DNA of 63,970 bases, filler included, from Dirinaria sp. TL-2023a (GCA_051941275.1; 42 parts of 42 records of this genome joined end to end with filler, not necessarily neighbours in it), one strand, 5' to 3'; counted from the whole stretch's first letter, positions 12,486 through 25,974 are shown. Notes: generated by a model from the sequence alone, not told the origin. Numbers and translations: made by a program.

Positions 12486-13466
12486 GCGCCAGCACCACGC
12501 CCAAGGTCCCCATCCCCCAAAGAGGAATTTCAACAGATCGAAATTCGCCGCCAGTAAGTACCTGCCCAACCTCCTCGTAAATCAGCATTCAAGCTCACCT
12601 GCGAACAGGGTCGATCGCAATGGGCGCCACTATGACGAAGATATTATCATCGATTCTGGCGCGCGGCGCAACGAGGAGCGTGCTCTGCGCCGACGCTCCC
12701 CTAGCCCTCTCCCTCGGCACCGATCTCCCAGTCCTGCCCCTACACGCTCTCACTATCGTGGCGAGCGGGAAATCGCCGAAGAGGCGGCATACTACAACGA
12801 ACGTGCGCGCGAACGCGGATACATTGGGGAAGCGTACAACGGCGCCACGCAAGACTGGGCGATCGTGGACGTCCCGCCCGGCACGCGAAGGGTCGAGATG
12901 GAGGGCGTCGGCGGTGCCCATCAAGAGGTCACGTGGCAGCGGTACAACGGCGTGCGGCGCAGTAAATTCATCGCCGAAGATGATGTCTACGGCGGTGGGG
13001 AATTGATCCCCGCACCGGCGCCTGCCATCGAAGAACGGGACCGGGGCCGGCGCTTCGTGAAGGAGAAAAGCAAGACCGAGGGCATGTGGACGGAGATCAC
13101 AAAGGATCTTGTCAGCGAGGACGCCATCAAAGAGATGGGATACGAATTCGAAGAAACAGAGTTCTTCTACTATGTCATGACTTATCTCCGATACGTAAAT
13201 GTCCCCCCCTCTTCCTTCTCCTCTTCCCCCCTTCCCCCCAAAAGCAAGCACTAATGAAAGGGGAAAAAAAAAAACAGGAAGATGTCCAGCGCCTCGTCGA
13301 CCTCTCGGAAGACATCAAACGCGGCCGCCGCGACCGCATCCGCGAAATGCAGTGGGAGCGCGAGAGACCCCCGCCTCGGAAACAGCTCGCGCTGCCCTGG
13401 GACGAGGAACGCATTGTGGAGAGGGAAGTCATTTACGACGGGCCCCCGCCTAGGCGGTATCGTTAG
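12486..13466 (+). CDS. Conserved Pezizomycotina Glu/Arg-rich protein of unknown function, 3' exons
   Basis: MWTEITKDLVSEDAIKEMGYEFEETEFFYYVMTYLRY / EDVQRLVDLSEDI..RIREMQWERE; introns near 12554-12608 and 13194-13277; strong GC3 bias. Confidence 0.75.
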
Positions 13467-14719
13467 CCCCCTCCCCCTTTTCTTCCCTGCGCCCCATCTC
13501 CATATCCAGATCACAGACCACAGATCACAGAACTAGATTGCTGCTGCTGCTGTTTGGCGCTAGTCGCTTTGTTTTGTTGGGCATGGGAAGAAGGGTGGTG
13601 GTGGTGGTTGCAGTGGTAGTAGTAGTAGCCTAGTTAGGAAGGGAAGGGAGGGAGCATGAGAGAGCTTTTTCTTTCTTTTCTTTTCTTTTCTTTCCAATGT
13701 CATAAAAACGAGAGAAACGATCATTTATTAGAATGAGCTAGAATGAGTGAGTGAGTGAGTGCAGTGTGAAAGTGTGAATAGCAAAGACGGGAAAGGGGAC
13801 AAGGGGGGGGGGGAGAGATTGCTAGAGAGAGCCCTTGCCTTGCCCTGCCGTGGTACAGCGAGTTCAGTTCAGTTCAGTAACATTCTAGCATGATGAGATG
13901 AAAGTACCTTATGATGGCATATGATGGCATATNNNNNNNNNNNNNNNNNNNNNNNNNNNNNNNNNNNNNNNNNNNNTTAATTAATTAANNNNNNNNNNNN
14001 NNNNNNNNNNNNNNNNNNNNNNNNNNNNNNNNGCCGACACTTGCTCGGGCGATTTTCTTTTCTCTATTAAAATTTCCTGTTCTTTTTTTAGAAGTCGCTC
14101 CAACGATGAGTTGGGTGATTTTTATTCGGTTTGGCTTTCGCCAACACTCCCGTCAGCAATGACGGCGTCTTTGAGATTCACCTTGAGACATTGAGTCTTG
14201 CTCTTTGCGATCTTCGGGCCCAGAGACTTGTTATCACGTCGACACTGAGTCGGGTGATTTTAAATCCACTTAAAAAAAAAGTTTTTCTTGTTTGGGCTGA
14301 GGGGCTACTTTACCGGCAACTCGCCTCTGGGTAACTCTACCTTCGCAGGTAATCCCGCCTCCTTAGGCAACCCGCCTCCTGGCAGCTCAGGCCCAGAGAG
14401 CGGTCTAAACCTGTCGAGCTTGGTGTCAGATCCTCCGGAGCCAATGCCAGTGGGTCAGGGACTGGCTGGCAAACGGTTCCTGGGAAACAAGCGTCGACGA
14501 GATAGGGGCGACCGGTCCATCCAGGCTACGCAAGCTGTAGCTGTGACCGACCAGCAAGTTTTGGAAGTCTTAAGGGAAAGCCAGAGCCTTGAAAGGAAAC
14601 ATTGCGAAAGTGGAACCCGAAAGGATACGTCCAAGGCTTGTAGCTGCTCCTCCTAAGCCCAAGTCAGTCACATAAATACGGAGACGGCCAACTTCTCTGA
14701 CCCACCCTCGGCCGCTGGA

Positions 14720-15273
14720 CTGTTGATCACAAGAACATCAAGAATCCGGAGAAGCTACTCAGAGCGGCACTGCTAATAAAGCAACTAGATCTTGCGGTTG
14801 GCGGTGCCTTTGAGCAGCCTAATAACCATTCAGTTGAATTGTATATCGGCGGAGGACGATACGGACAGCTGGCAGTCCAGATCCGCTTCAAAATCAACAT
14901 GGAGTTCCAGGGCAAACCAGGTTCGGAAAACTCAGCTGAGATGTATGATTTCACGCTCCCGTGGAAGTTCAATGTCCCAACAGGTGATAACAATTACTCG
15001 ATACAAGATTGGCCGCATGGTCCAGTCCATTTGAGGGACAAATCCGATAAAATTCTGCATGTGAAAGATGAAGCGGTCAATATTGGCAGCGTCACCTTAG
15101 GTTGCCCGCCTAACGTTCGTCACAGAATCGCGAAAATGAGCCTGACCGTAACGCACACTCTGGTCTCGCAAGGCAGTGTACCATCAATCCAGGCAATCCA
15201 AGATGATGGCCTTGTCAGAATCATCGAGAGTCTAACCGATAAGTCGTCTATACCATTAACGTTGAGTATCTAA
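14720..15273 (+). CDS. Hypothetical protein or degraded ORF
   Basis: About 180 open codons with protein-like composition; no recognised family. Confidence 0.3.
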
Positions 15274-15578
15274 GTTTCCTACAAGACTAACACTGTATTG
15301 GAAGACGAATATCTCAAATGCATTCGAACGAGCGACTAATGAAATAATACCTCCTTTGTCATAATAGTACGATGGAATCAAGCTAACTGGTGTGCCAGGA
15401 GCACGCCATCGTTCAACTTACATATGTAACGGCATGTACATCAAAGTTACGAACGTCGGCCAAGCCATATCCTTTTACNNNNNNNNNNNNNNNNNNNNNN
15501 NNNNNNNNNNNNNNNNNNNNNNTTAATTAATTAANNNNNNNNNNNNNNNNNNNNNNNNNNNNNNNNNNNNNNNNNNNN

Positions 15579-16144
15579 CATCCAACGGTCATGTCACAGT
15601 AGTGCAGATGCTGCTCGATCACAAGGCAGATGTCAACGCGCAAGGCGGAGAATATGGCAACGCACTGCAGGCGGCGGCATCCAACGGTCATGTCACAGTA
15701 GTGCAGATGCTGCTCGATCACAAGGCGGATGTCAACGCGCAAGACCGATATTTTGGCAGCGCACTGCAGGCGGCGGCATACAACGGTCATGTCACAGTAG
15801 TGCAGATGCTGCTCGATCGCAAGGCAGATGTCAACGCGCAAAGCGGAAAGTATGGCAACGCACTGCAGGCGGCGGCATACAAAGGTCATGTCACAGTAGT
15901 GCAGATGCTGCTCGATCACAAGGCAGATGTCAACGCGCAAAACAGATATTTTGACAGCGCACTGCAGACGGCGGCATACCAAGGTCATGACACTGTAGTA
16001 CAGATCCTGCTTGAGAACGGAGCCTCTGTCGATACTTTAGATGAAAAGGAAAAGGATTGGGTGCTTGAAAAATATTTAGACGTAATATCACGTCGCAATA
16101 ATAATATGAATGCGCCTCCCCACCGGATGCCCGACTCGGGGTGA
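15579..16144 (+). CDS. Ankyrin-repeat protein C-terminus (NLR/NACHT-ANK type)
   Basis: Four near-identical 99-bp units encoding GHVTVVQMLLDHKADVNAQxxxYGxALQAAA, plus a capping repeat. Confidence 0.92.
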
Positions 16145-17805
16145 TTGGGTTGGGGCAAAATTCTCATCCTCAAGGGCCAGATAACAAAACCTGCGACGAT
16201 CTAAACTGCGATTCCAGTTTCTGGGCCCGTAGGCGAGGAACGGAGGCTCATGGATCTATTCCGAGAGCCTGCATACATCAATGATTGTGCGCTTACAGGT
16301 ACTCAATTTTGAGCGCAGGCAGAGAAGAAAGAAAGACAGAGAAGAAGAGCACGCTGGCAGCATGACAAACTTCCCTCCTCAAGCGGTAGACGTGAGCTTG
16401 CATTCATACAACGATTGGAGAGAAAGAAGAGAAAGAAAGAAGCCGAGCCGCTGCAAAACTCGAAAACTCCCTTCCTCCGAACCCACCCGCCGAGAACCAT
16501 ATCATATACCTCGAAAGGGGGTGGCGTGGTGCGAAGCCGGAAGATGCGTTCCAAGAGCAAGTTTGAAAAAAAAAAAACAAAAAAATTTCCTGGTACGAGT
16601 ACTTGGCGCAGGCCATGTCTTAGTGTTTTGATCAAAAGCTCTAAGTAGGGTATATAAAAGTATCGCAACCTGATAAATTATCCTTGAGACGGAATTTTAT
16701 CCTCTGATAATTACTTCTTCTTTTTTCTTTTTTTCTTCTCCCACCTACTCTTACTCTGCTCTGAGTCTGAAAATATATAATATGTATATAATATGAAGAT
16801 ATATACATGAAGAAACCCATTTCCCTTCCCCTTAGCCTTAGCCTTGGAAATCGGGAGCGAAGAAGAGGATGAAGAAGGGGGAGAACCGGTGAGAAGGAGC
16901 CAGAGATAAGTCAGAGAAAAGAGTAGAAGAGGGAAAATTAGGAATATCTTCCTGTTGCTGATTTTGGGCCCTATCCCATTTTCCCATTCCTCCTCGAGTC
17001 CTCATCCCCTCCCTCCCTCACCTNNNNNNNNNNNNNNNNNNNNNNNNNNNNNNNNNNNNNNNNNNNNTTAATTAATTAANNNNNNNNNNNNNNNNNNNNN
17101 NNNNNNNNNNNNNNNNNNNNNNNAGTAGCCGATGAGGCCTGCGAGGTTCTAGGCATAGCACCAATACCTCTTTCTAGACCGCGTCCGGTCAAAGGTTTTA
17201 ACGGGGAGCTCTCCGTTTCTACAATCCGAAAGCTTCCGTGTGCAAGGCGGCAGCCGTCTCAAAATACGAGTATGGATACCTAACGCTGCCCGCTCCAACG
17301 GCTCCAGGAAGGATTGGTGAAATGGAATGAGAAATTCATTGGCGAGGACTGGGTTCGCTCGCGAGCACGCGGCAAGAATAATACAATTCTTTGAATCGAG
17401 AGAAAGGGCATCCAATTGGTCCGTCTACGCAAGTGGTTCAACACACCACAATGTCTGTCTGGAAAGGATCTACCTCCCGAAATCCGAGGAGAGTGAACAC
17501 GCTGGGCTACTCTGCACAGTGGGAGCAAGCACACCGAGTTAGGAAGGCCTGAAAGGGCAAGAGCGACAATGGAGAACGCCGCTGGCTGTTTATAAGGATC
17601 TTGAAGTTTTATATAGAGACTGAAAATCATTTCAAAATGTCCAAGTTATATATTGTCGTGTCCAAAATTATACTGTCCTCACTCCAATACTATCCGATCA
17701 TGAATGTCATATGTAATGTATGTATGTATGGCTTTGCTAGGCGTCCAGACAAATAGACAGCTCATGACTACCACACCAATATCCGGATAGAATAATTTTC
17801 CAGCA

Positions 17806-18564
17806 ATGCCTGCGCGAGTGCCTCGCTCTCTGCGGCTACGAAACCCCTTTATCCTCCCTCGCCGCCTCCATACTTCTCCCGTATACTCTGCTGATAAGAA
17901 ACCCATCGTACTCGAAAAGCCCGCCAAATTCAACCCGCCTTCACACCCTGCCAAGCTGCCCACACGCCGGCGACTGCCTCGCGTCTATGGACCTTCACTA
18001 TCGGACAAGGAGCGGGAGGATCAAAACACGAAGCAGTATCCTTCAATGATGCCTCCGGAGGGGTCATTCCTGTTCTGGTTTCTGTCGAACAGGAGCATTC
18101 ATCTATGGATTTCTCTGGTACGATCTTTCATACTTATCTTGCCCCCTCCAGAACTCTATACTACAATGCAGTTCGCCCACGCAGGAACAAGATCCAAATA
18201 ACTGATCCACACCGTACGTGAATTGTGTGTGTGCAGGGCACCCTAACCTGCCTAGCGGTCTTCGTCAACCTCGAGACCTTCCACAAGACCTCTCCCGTCG
18301 CGCACCTGCTCCCCGAGCGCAGCTACTTCCTCTCCCACCCGCTCGACTATCTCTCGCAGTACCTGACCATCTACAAAATGCACGTGAACGAACGGAGCAA
18401 GGAGACCCAGGCTCAGCGGGATCGAAAGACCGAGGATATCCAGAAACGGGATAAGTACCGCCAGGCGCATGGCATTGAGGATACGCAGTATGTGTTTGGG
18501 TTTGGGCGGCGGTTGCGCAAGGTTGAGAAGAAGGAAGGGGACGGGGAGGAGGGAGGAGAGGCGG
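17806..18564 (+). CDS. Conserved fungal hypothetical protein, probably mitochondrial; exons 17806-18117 and 18237->18564
   Basis: Arg-rich presequence-like N-terminus, KPIVLEKPAKFNPPSHP..YPSMMPPEGSFLFWFL, a GT-AG intron and a TM segment. Confidence 0.75.
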
Positions 18565-18664
18565 NNNNNNNNNNNNNNNNNNNNNNNNNNNNNNNNNNNN
18601 NNNNNNNNTTAATTAATTAANNNNNNNNNNNNNNNNNNNNNNNNNNNNNNNNNNNNNNNNNNNN

Positions 18665-20007
18665 TACGATAATTACTGCAATCTGTTCCATTATATCCTG
18701 AATTCGGAGGGGCCCGTGGATCTGGAAGTGCCTTCTGTATGTTATACGATCCGGAATCTTTCCCCTTGGATCTCCAACCCCTTGAGTCAAACCTACCCTT
18801 TTCCCCCCTTTTTTTTTTTTTTTTTTTTTTTTCCGTTTTTGTGAATACAGCCGAGCTTACGAGAAAATGAAAACAGTACTACTGGGCCTGGGAGGTCATT
18901 GACGAATTCATCTACCAATTCGAATCCTTCTGCCGGTACCGCAACCGAGTGGCGCGGGAACGGCCCCCTTCGGACGAAGACCACCAGCTCCTGCGCGAAA
19001 ACCCCAACACATGGGGCTGCTACAGCGTGCTCAACGTCCTCTACTCGCTGATCCAACGCTCGGAAATCACCGCGCAACTGGACGCCATGAAGCGCAACGA
19101 AGACCCGACCGCGGTGGCAGGGGAATACGGCACGCGGCCACTGTACCGGATGCTGGGCTACTTCTCGATCATCGGCCTGCTGCGCGTGCACTGCCTGCTG
19201 GGCGACTTCAGCCTGGCGCTGAAAACGCTCGACGACATCGAACTCAACAAGAAAGCCATGTTCGCGCGCGTCATGGCCGCGCACTTCACGACCTACTACT
19301 ACGTCGGCTTCAGCTACATGATGCTGCGGCGGTACGCCGACGCGATCCGCATGTTCTCCCACATCCTGGTCTACGTGAGCCGGACCAAGAACCTCCAAAA
19401 AAAAGACGTCGCCCAGTCGTACGACAGCATCAGCAAGAAGAACGACCAGATGTACGCCCTCGTCGCGCTGTGCGTCAGCTTCCACCCCACCAAACTAGAC
19501 GACACGATCCACGCCGCGCTGCGGGACAAATACGGGGACACGCTGACGCGGCTGCAGCGCGGCGGGCCCGACGCCCTGCCCCTATTCGAAGAACTCTTCC
19601 GCGCCGCCTGCCCCAAATTCATCTCTCCCACCCCGCCGGACTTCGAGAACCCGGCCCTGAACCCGGATCCCGTGGAGCACCATCTCGCCATCTTCATGGA
19701 CGAGGTCAAAGCCAATATGTTCAGCCCTTTGATCAAATCGTACCTGAAACTCTACACGACCATGGACCTGAAGAAGCTGGCCGGGTTCCTGGACACGGAT
19801 CCGCAGACCTTGAGAGGGTGGTTGCTCGTCAACAAGCAGCGCAGTCGGCAGGTGCGGTGGAGCGAAGGGGGGTTGTTGGAGGGCGAGGTCGTGAACGCGA
19901 ATGAACTCGATTACGCGCTCGTGGGCGACTTGATCCACGTCAGCGAGGCGAAGGTGGGGCGGAGGCTCGTGGAGTGGTATTTGAGGAATTTGGCTAGGAG
20001 TTATTAG
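18665..20007 (+). CDS. EIF3L: Eukaryotic translation initiation factor 3 subunit L, 3' part (intron 18737-18876)
   Basis: YDNYCNLFHYILN / WAWEVIDEFIYQF..LYRMLGYFSIIGLLRVHCLLGDF..ACPKFISP..SYLKLYTT. Confidence 0.97.
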
Positions 20008-21739
20008 ATTAAAATTTTCTTTTCCCCTCCATAACTATTAAACCTCTATCTAAATAACCGAAAAAAAAAAAGAAATCTATCCCCCTTCCCCCCCCTGCCT
20101 TCCNNNNNNNNNNNNNNNNNNNNNNNNNNNNNNNNNNNNNNNNNNNNTTAATTAATTAANNNNNNNNNNNNNNNNNNNNNNNNNNNNNNNNNNNNNNNNN
20201 NNNGTGCAGTGGTACACCCGACCCAAAAAATCTCAATGAAGCCGAAATCTGGTCCTACCCCTTATAGTACAGGGCATACCAGGAGGGATTTTCTAGGGAA
20301 GGCCCCCCTCAAAAGGGGCCCTCCTGAGCTTTTTGCCATTTTTAATTCATATTACCATTTCTAATTCATGATCCCACCGACTGGGTTGTGCTATTTCGCT
20401 CTGAAAAAACATCTCAAGTCGTGGATCAGGCCGGTTCGAACCTGCGTCTTTGCTCAATTTTGTGAGGTGCGTTGATTAGGGTTTAGCTCGAGGACTGCTC
20501 TCGTAGACCCTTTCAGGTAAGATACCTTAGGGGTGGTCAGGTCTTTCTTCTCTCCCGTGATATGTTTCAATGGCAGCCCCTATCTGTATACTGCTTTTGG
20601 TATTCACACACCGCGATATCTTCTTCGAGATCCAACAAGCATGACAAAACCTCATATCTAGCTGCCCAGACAAATTGGTCTATGCTTCACGCGCCTGCTA
20701 ACATACTCCTAGTTCCAAGCACATCAGGATAATCTGACAAAAGGACAATGGAGATACGACGATGAAGCACAATATCAACGAGAGATCATTGTCAGTTCCC
20801 CAAAACCCTCAAACCTGGTTTATCCGTTGCGAGGCCGCCCAAGAAGATGTCAAAATGGTGTACAATTAGCCGGAGACAGTAATGTGCAAACAGGAGCAAC
20901 TGCCATTTTCATGAAGTCTGCCTTATGCTGGTCACCGCTCATTGGGAGTCTAGTCCATGCTTCATGAGTCGCAGGTCTATCAGCAAAATTTCAGTCAATT
21001 GGGTCGTCTACGTTCTAACACCATCAACATCCCAGAGACAATCCCGATCACTAAGCCCGAGCATCTGGGAACATCACACTCAGGGGAGTGCCAAACGAAC
21101 CAAGACAACTCAAGTCACCGCCGGTGAGGTTTCGAAACTGGAGGTGCAGTGAACTCGCTGGTTTGCGGTGAGGGCGTTGAAGCGATATGAGCAGCTCGTG
21201 TGAGAGGAATCCAAAATATGTGACAAGATAAACAGGAATGGCCTGTGATAAGCTTAAAGTGATCGCAGAGGAAGAATTGATTCCAAGTGTGGCATTGTCA
21301 GACAGGAGCAATCAAACGCCGAACCTCTTGAGTTGAAGCGTTGTCACCATCCGTCCATGCCTCTGGAACAATCGCCTTCTTGTCAGAACCGAGAGCCCTT
21401 TCATCAGCGTTGTGAGGGGTAATCTCAGAGGTTCTTATACATGTGAGCGCAGCATCCTGAACCAATTACAAACATAGAGTATCTCACAGAGAATACCTCA
21501 GAGAGCCTTCCTCTGTATTTTTCAACCAGTCCTCACTCTCCTCCACATAGCCACATGCTCAATCCCCTCCTCCCACCACTCGCCCATGCCCTCATCTTTC
21601 ACGAAACCACAGCCTACCCAGAACCGCTCGATGTGTTTCNNNNNNNNNNNNNNNNNNNNNNNNNNNNNNNNNNNNNNNNNNNNTTAATTAATTAANNNNN
21701 NNNNNNNNNNNNNNNNNNNNNNNNNNNNNNNNNNNNNNN

Positions 21740-23173
21740 ATATAACTGTGAAAAATCGATATTTATTATCAAACATTGAAGAACTACAGAATCGCTTATC
21801 AAAAGCTCGATACTTTATCAAACTGAATTTAAAAGAAGTTTACAGTCTTATACGAATGAAAGAAAACGAGAAATGAAAAACAGTTTTTCGAACACGATAT
21901 AAATATTACGAATATTTGATCATGTCATTTGAACTCACAAACGCGTTTGCAACATGTCAAGAAATGATTAACGATATACTCAAAAAATATTTAAACGATT
22001 TTGTGATCGTTTATCTTGATAATATATTGATTTATTCCACGATTTTAAAACAACACGTGAAACATGTCAATCAAGTTTTGAAAAAACTAAACGAGAGAGA
22101 CATGAAGATCAAATTAAAGAAATGTGAATTTTATCGAAAAGAAATCGATTTCTTGAATTTCATCATCGAAAGAAACGAAATTCGCATTGATTTTCGCAAA
22201 CTGCAAGCAGTTCGAAACTGACAGACATCAACAACTGTGAAGAAAATACAATCTTTTCTCGATTTCACAAATTACAATCGAAAGTTCATCAGAGACTACT
22301 CTAAAAAGATAGTATCTTTAACTAAACTCACTGCGAAAAATACTCAATGAATCTGAGAAAAGAACGAACAAGAAACATTCGAACAATTGAAAAAGACATG
22401 TTTGAAAAAATCAACACTTAGAATGTTTGACGAAACGAAATCAATACGAATCGAAACTGATGCATCAGATTTGACTATAAAAGTTTGTCTGTGTCAGAAA
22501 AAACAGAGCAAATGACACTCGATAATATATTTCTCGAGAAAATTATCGTCAGCTGAACAGAACTACGACATACAGAACAAGAAATTGCTAGTTATCGTAA
22601 CATTCTTGAAAATCTAAAAAGTATATGCGAAAGAAGTATTTGAATTTGAGATACTAACGAATCATAAAAACTTGCTGCACTTTACGACAATAAAGTAGCT
22701 AAATCGAAGACAAATCAAATGATCGAAACTTTTTGAACAGTACAAATTTACTATACGATATACGTCAGAAAAAGACAATAACAGAGCGAACGCATTAAAT
22801 CGACGAAACGATTATATGAAAAATAAAACGAAGTTCAATCATAGCATATTAAAAGTGAATCAAAATGAATCACTATCGACAACCAAAACTCAGAAATTGA
22901 ATGCAACACTGCGCATATTTCGAGACGATTAAGAGCAATACTTTATATAGAGAAGAAAGTTGCAAATATCGACAAACAAGATTAAGAATTGTATTAAAAA
23001 ATATCACGATTAGTCACTGCAGAGACATTCGAGAATATTCAAAACATTGCGGCTTTTACGACAGAATTGTTAGTTTTTACATATGAGACAAGAGATCGAG
23101 ACATACGTTAGACGATGCTTTAGCTGTTAGAAGAATAAACATGCAACTCATGTTAAATACGAAGAATTGCAGT
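21740..23173 (+). mobile_element. Decayed Ty3/gypsy pol (RT, RNase H, start of integrase)
   Basis: E K*KTVFRTRY..MSFELTNAFATCQ (from MPFGLTNAPAT), VYLDNILIYS, IETDASD, EQNYDIQNKKLL, TNHKNL. Confidence 0.93.
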
Positions 23174-24411
23174 NNNNNNNNNNNNNNNNNNNNNNNNNNN
23201 NNNNNNNNNNNNNNNNNTTAATTAATTAANNNNNNNNNNNNNNNNNNNNNNNNNNNNNNNNNNNNNNNNNNNNTTCCTCCGGTGCTAACTCTCGATTCAA
23301 GACACGCTAGACATATCTCAGAGTACTCTCTTCAAATTCTATCACAGGAAGCAAGATGTGTCTTCATAACGCAAGGCAATGCCCGTCATGAAACCCTTTC
23401 CAGTTTCCTGATAGACGCTTCTGCGTTTTTATGTTATATCTAGCACAGAATGTGGATTGAAAGCCGATACCTGGAAATTATATCAATGCTTCATTCTTCG
23501 GATACAATACGCATTTCGGAGACAAACCTACGTATTCCGTCACATCTAACTCGACGCTCCATTCTCTAGATATCGCCTTTTATTAAAGCCCGACTAAAAT
23601 ATGTTAGTTAAATTCAGTTTTGTATATCGCAGTTTTCAAAGGGTTTCTCTTATGATACGATCTGAAAAAGGATCTGACGAAGAGTACTCTAATGTTGTGG
23701 TAGCCTGGTGATCGCGTCAGGAGAAGAATAGTACTATTGACCCTCCTCCCTCGAATGTCCGATGAAAAGTCCTCCGATGTGATACACAAGGTTCGCATTT
23801 CGTGCTTATGTAGCTGAAAATTTAGAAGTCTCATGTGTGAACTGATCTCGGCATGCTGCGGTGAAACAAGTTTCGAATGCGATGCGCTGTTTTCTAGCGT
23901 TCATATAGACGACTACTCATAGTCTCTTTATCTCTTCTTGTCCTTTCCGTTACGTATGTGGCCAGAACATTTAGAGATTATACGCGTCTTAGACCACAAG
24001 CAGACAGGTCTGGCTTCAAACCAAGACTTGCGATTCTCTCTAGAAGTGATTTTGCCAAGCCTAGACTCTAGTAGGTTGATGCAGGAAAGTATCCATTATC
24101 GCTCACAAACTGCCAGGCCAGGAAATAATGACAAGATTCTGAGGATGTTCGCGTAATTTCGTACGTGCTCCGCCGGTATGATATCTTTCCATACATCGTC
24201 CTATCGCGGCTTTATATATGCCTTTATAAAACAGTGTGATTTACAGACGATTCAAAGAACCGTCAGACAAGAGGCATGGGGTATTCAAAAGAGATAACAA
24301 CATTTGATGGGGACCTTGTCGAATCGTGAGAAAAATGCATGGTTTGGCTGATTTCGGTCGAATGGTGAGGTTGAATAGTCGACAAGCCGGTGAGGGGAAT
24401 ATACGAAGCAT

Positions 24412-24705
24412 TCATTCCATTTGCATACTAGCGAGGCTGCCTATTCTGTTTCGAAACCTGGTCCATAAATGTTCATGGTTTCTTGTGCCGGAATTCTTCC
24501 TTTTACTGGCATTGGGTGTAGTCTTGGCATCGTTTATGTTCACGCTACCAACCTGCTCGTTGTCATAATCCTCGATACTATCGTCCTTGTTGGCACCGTA
24601 CACACGTTTGTTTTCATCCATGATTACCTCCAGGCGTTCGAGAACCTCTTTCACTCTCAGTACCAACTCATGATCAGGACCCAACAGCTCTTCATATCCA
24701 TTTTT
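24412..24705 (-). CDS. C-terminal end of a probable TPR-repeat (kinesin-light-chain-like) protein
   Basis: GYEELLGPDHELVL resembles the last LGPDHPxTL-type TPR unit; only a short fragment is present. Confidence 0.45.
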   Translation of the reverse strand, partial: KNGYEELLGPDHELVLRVKEVLERLEVIMDENKRVYGANKDDSIEDYDNEQVGSVNINDAKTTPNASKRKNSGTRNHEHLWTRFRNRIGSLASMQME

Positions 24706-24805
24706 NNNNNNNNNNNNNNNNNNNNNNNNNNNNNNNNNNNNNNNNNNNNTTAATTAATTAANNNNNNNNNNNNNNNNNNNNNNNNNNNNNNNNNNNNNNN
24801 NNNNN

Positions 24806-25510
24806 ACATGAGTTATAAATTGTCTGCTCAATTCGTCATTGAACTCTCGAATCGAGCGCGAACGAGTTAATTTCATCGAAATTATATTCAACGCTCTGCA
24901 TATTTCATTCGTTTTTCGATCATCGATAACGAAAATCACTGTTGACTTTATATCGACGAGACAGATATCATCGATTTGTTCAAAAAATGACGTCAATGTG
25001 CATGACACAATGAGTGCTGTTTAATGCGATGTGTTTTTATAAAAATTGTAAATAAAATTAAAAATTGAAATGATTATATCGTTTTTCGAAACGTCACTCT
25101 CGAGAGTTATGCGTTTTTCGCACTGTTATTCTCATGATCATGCTCATGATCATGATTATAAACATTTTTTAATAATCATTGATTTTCAGTGATATTCGAG
25201 TTCATATAAATCTCGTGAATTCGATTGTTTTTGTCGCGATCAAAACAATTTTTAATCAAATGACTCAATTTCTCACATTCGTAACAAGGAGATTGTTTAA
25301 ATAATTCGACATTCTGACGTTAATCGTCTGAACGATATGATTCTGATGACAATATTTTAAATGAGAGAGCTCGATAATCGATAAAACGACTAATTGCGAT
25401 AAAAAAATTAAAAATGAATGCAGTGCGGGATGTCGATCGTCGATCATATTCTGTTTTGTTATAAACGAGATTGCGTTGTTTAATATCAATCATTTGCAAA
25501 AAAAATCTTT
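24806..25510 (-). mobile_element. Decayed gypsy gag/aspartic protease region
   Basis: CLVDIKST (from DTGA)..KLTRSRSIREFNDE..ITH (from LxxPxPIRGFDG..ITH); CC/GG-depleted. Confidence 0.7.
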
Positions 25511-25974
25511 ATTTCGAATAAATCAGTAAACTTAACATCTCGAGTAACAAACACATTTTGCGATACTCTCAAAATCAGAAACATAAAACCATTAGCATAA
25601 AAAAATATAGCCAAGGGAGTAATTAGATCCTGTACTAACGAAAAAAGAAACAAAATTGAAAATTGGGAATAATATTTCTGAACTCGATCATATTATCAAT
25701 TATAACTATCTTTGAATTCGAAAAGTTACTGAGAATTATCACTGACGATGAGGCTCGCGATTCATTCTGATCGTCGCGATGAGATGAACGCGATCGACGC
25801 GACGTCGACAAATGAACGAGACATCATCGAGACGTCTTCGCAGAGAAAAATATCAAAATCGAGCGAAATATTGAATGAGATAAATAAGATTGTGAGACTT
25901 TATGAGTTTAAGAGAATCAATGTCAGCGAAATGATGTCGATGACTGAACTGTACAATCTGTTCGACATAATTCT

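Noticed and set aside
18793..19938. Long antisense and alternate-frame ORFs over eIF3L (also over 54098-54982 and 12595-13251)
   Set aside because: Expected shadows of GC3-rich coding sequence; no independent motifs.
20420..20500. tRNA or SINE suggested by GGTTCGAACC
   Set aside because: Only a B-box-like word; I could not fold a cloverleaf or find an A-box on either strand.
21740..23173. Alternative genetic code (TGA=Trp) suggested by TGA at Trp positions
   Set aside because: The same regions also lose Gly and Pro codons, and intact genes use TGG for Trp and TGA as stop (MPC1, RidA). This is mutation, not recoding.
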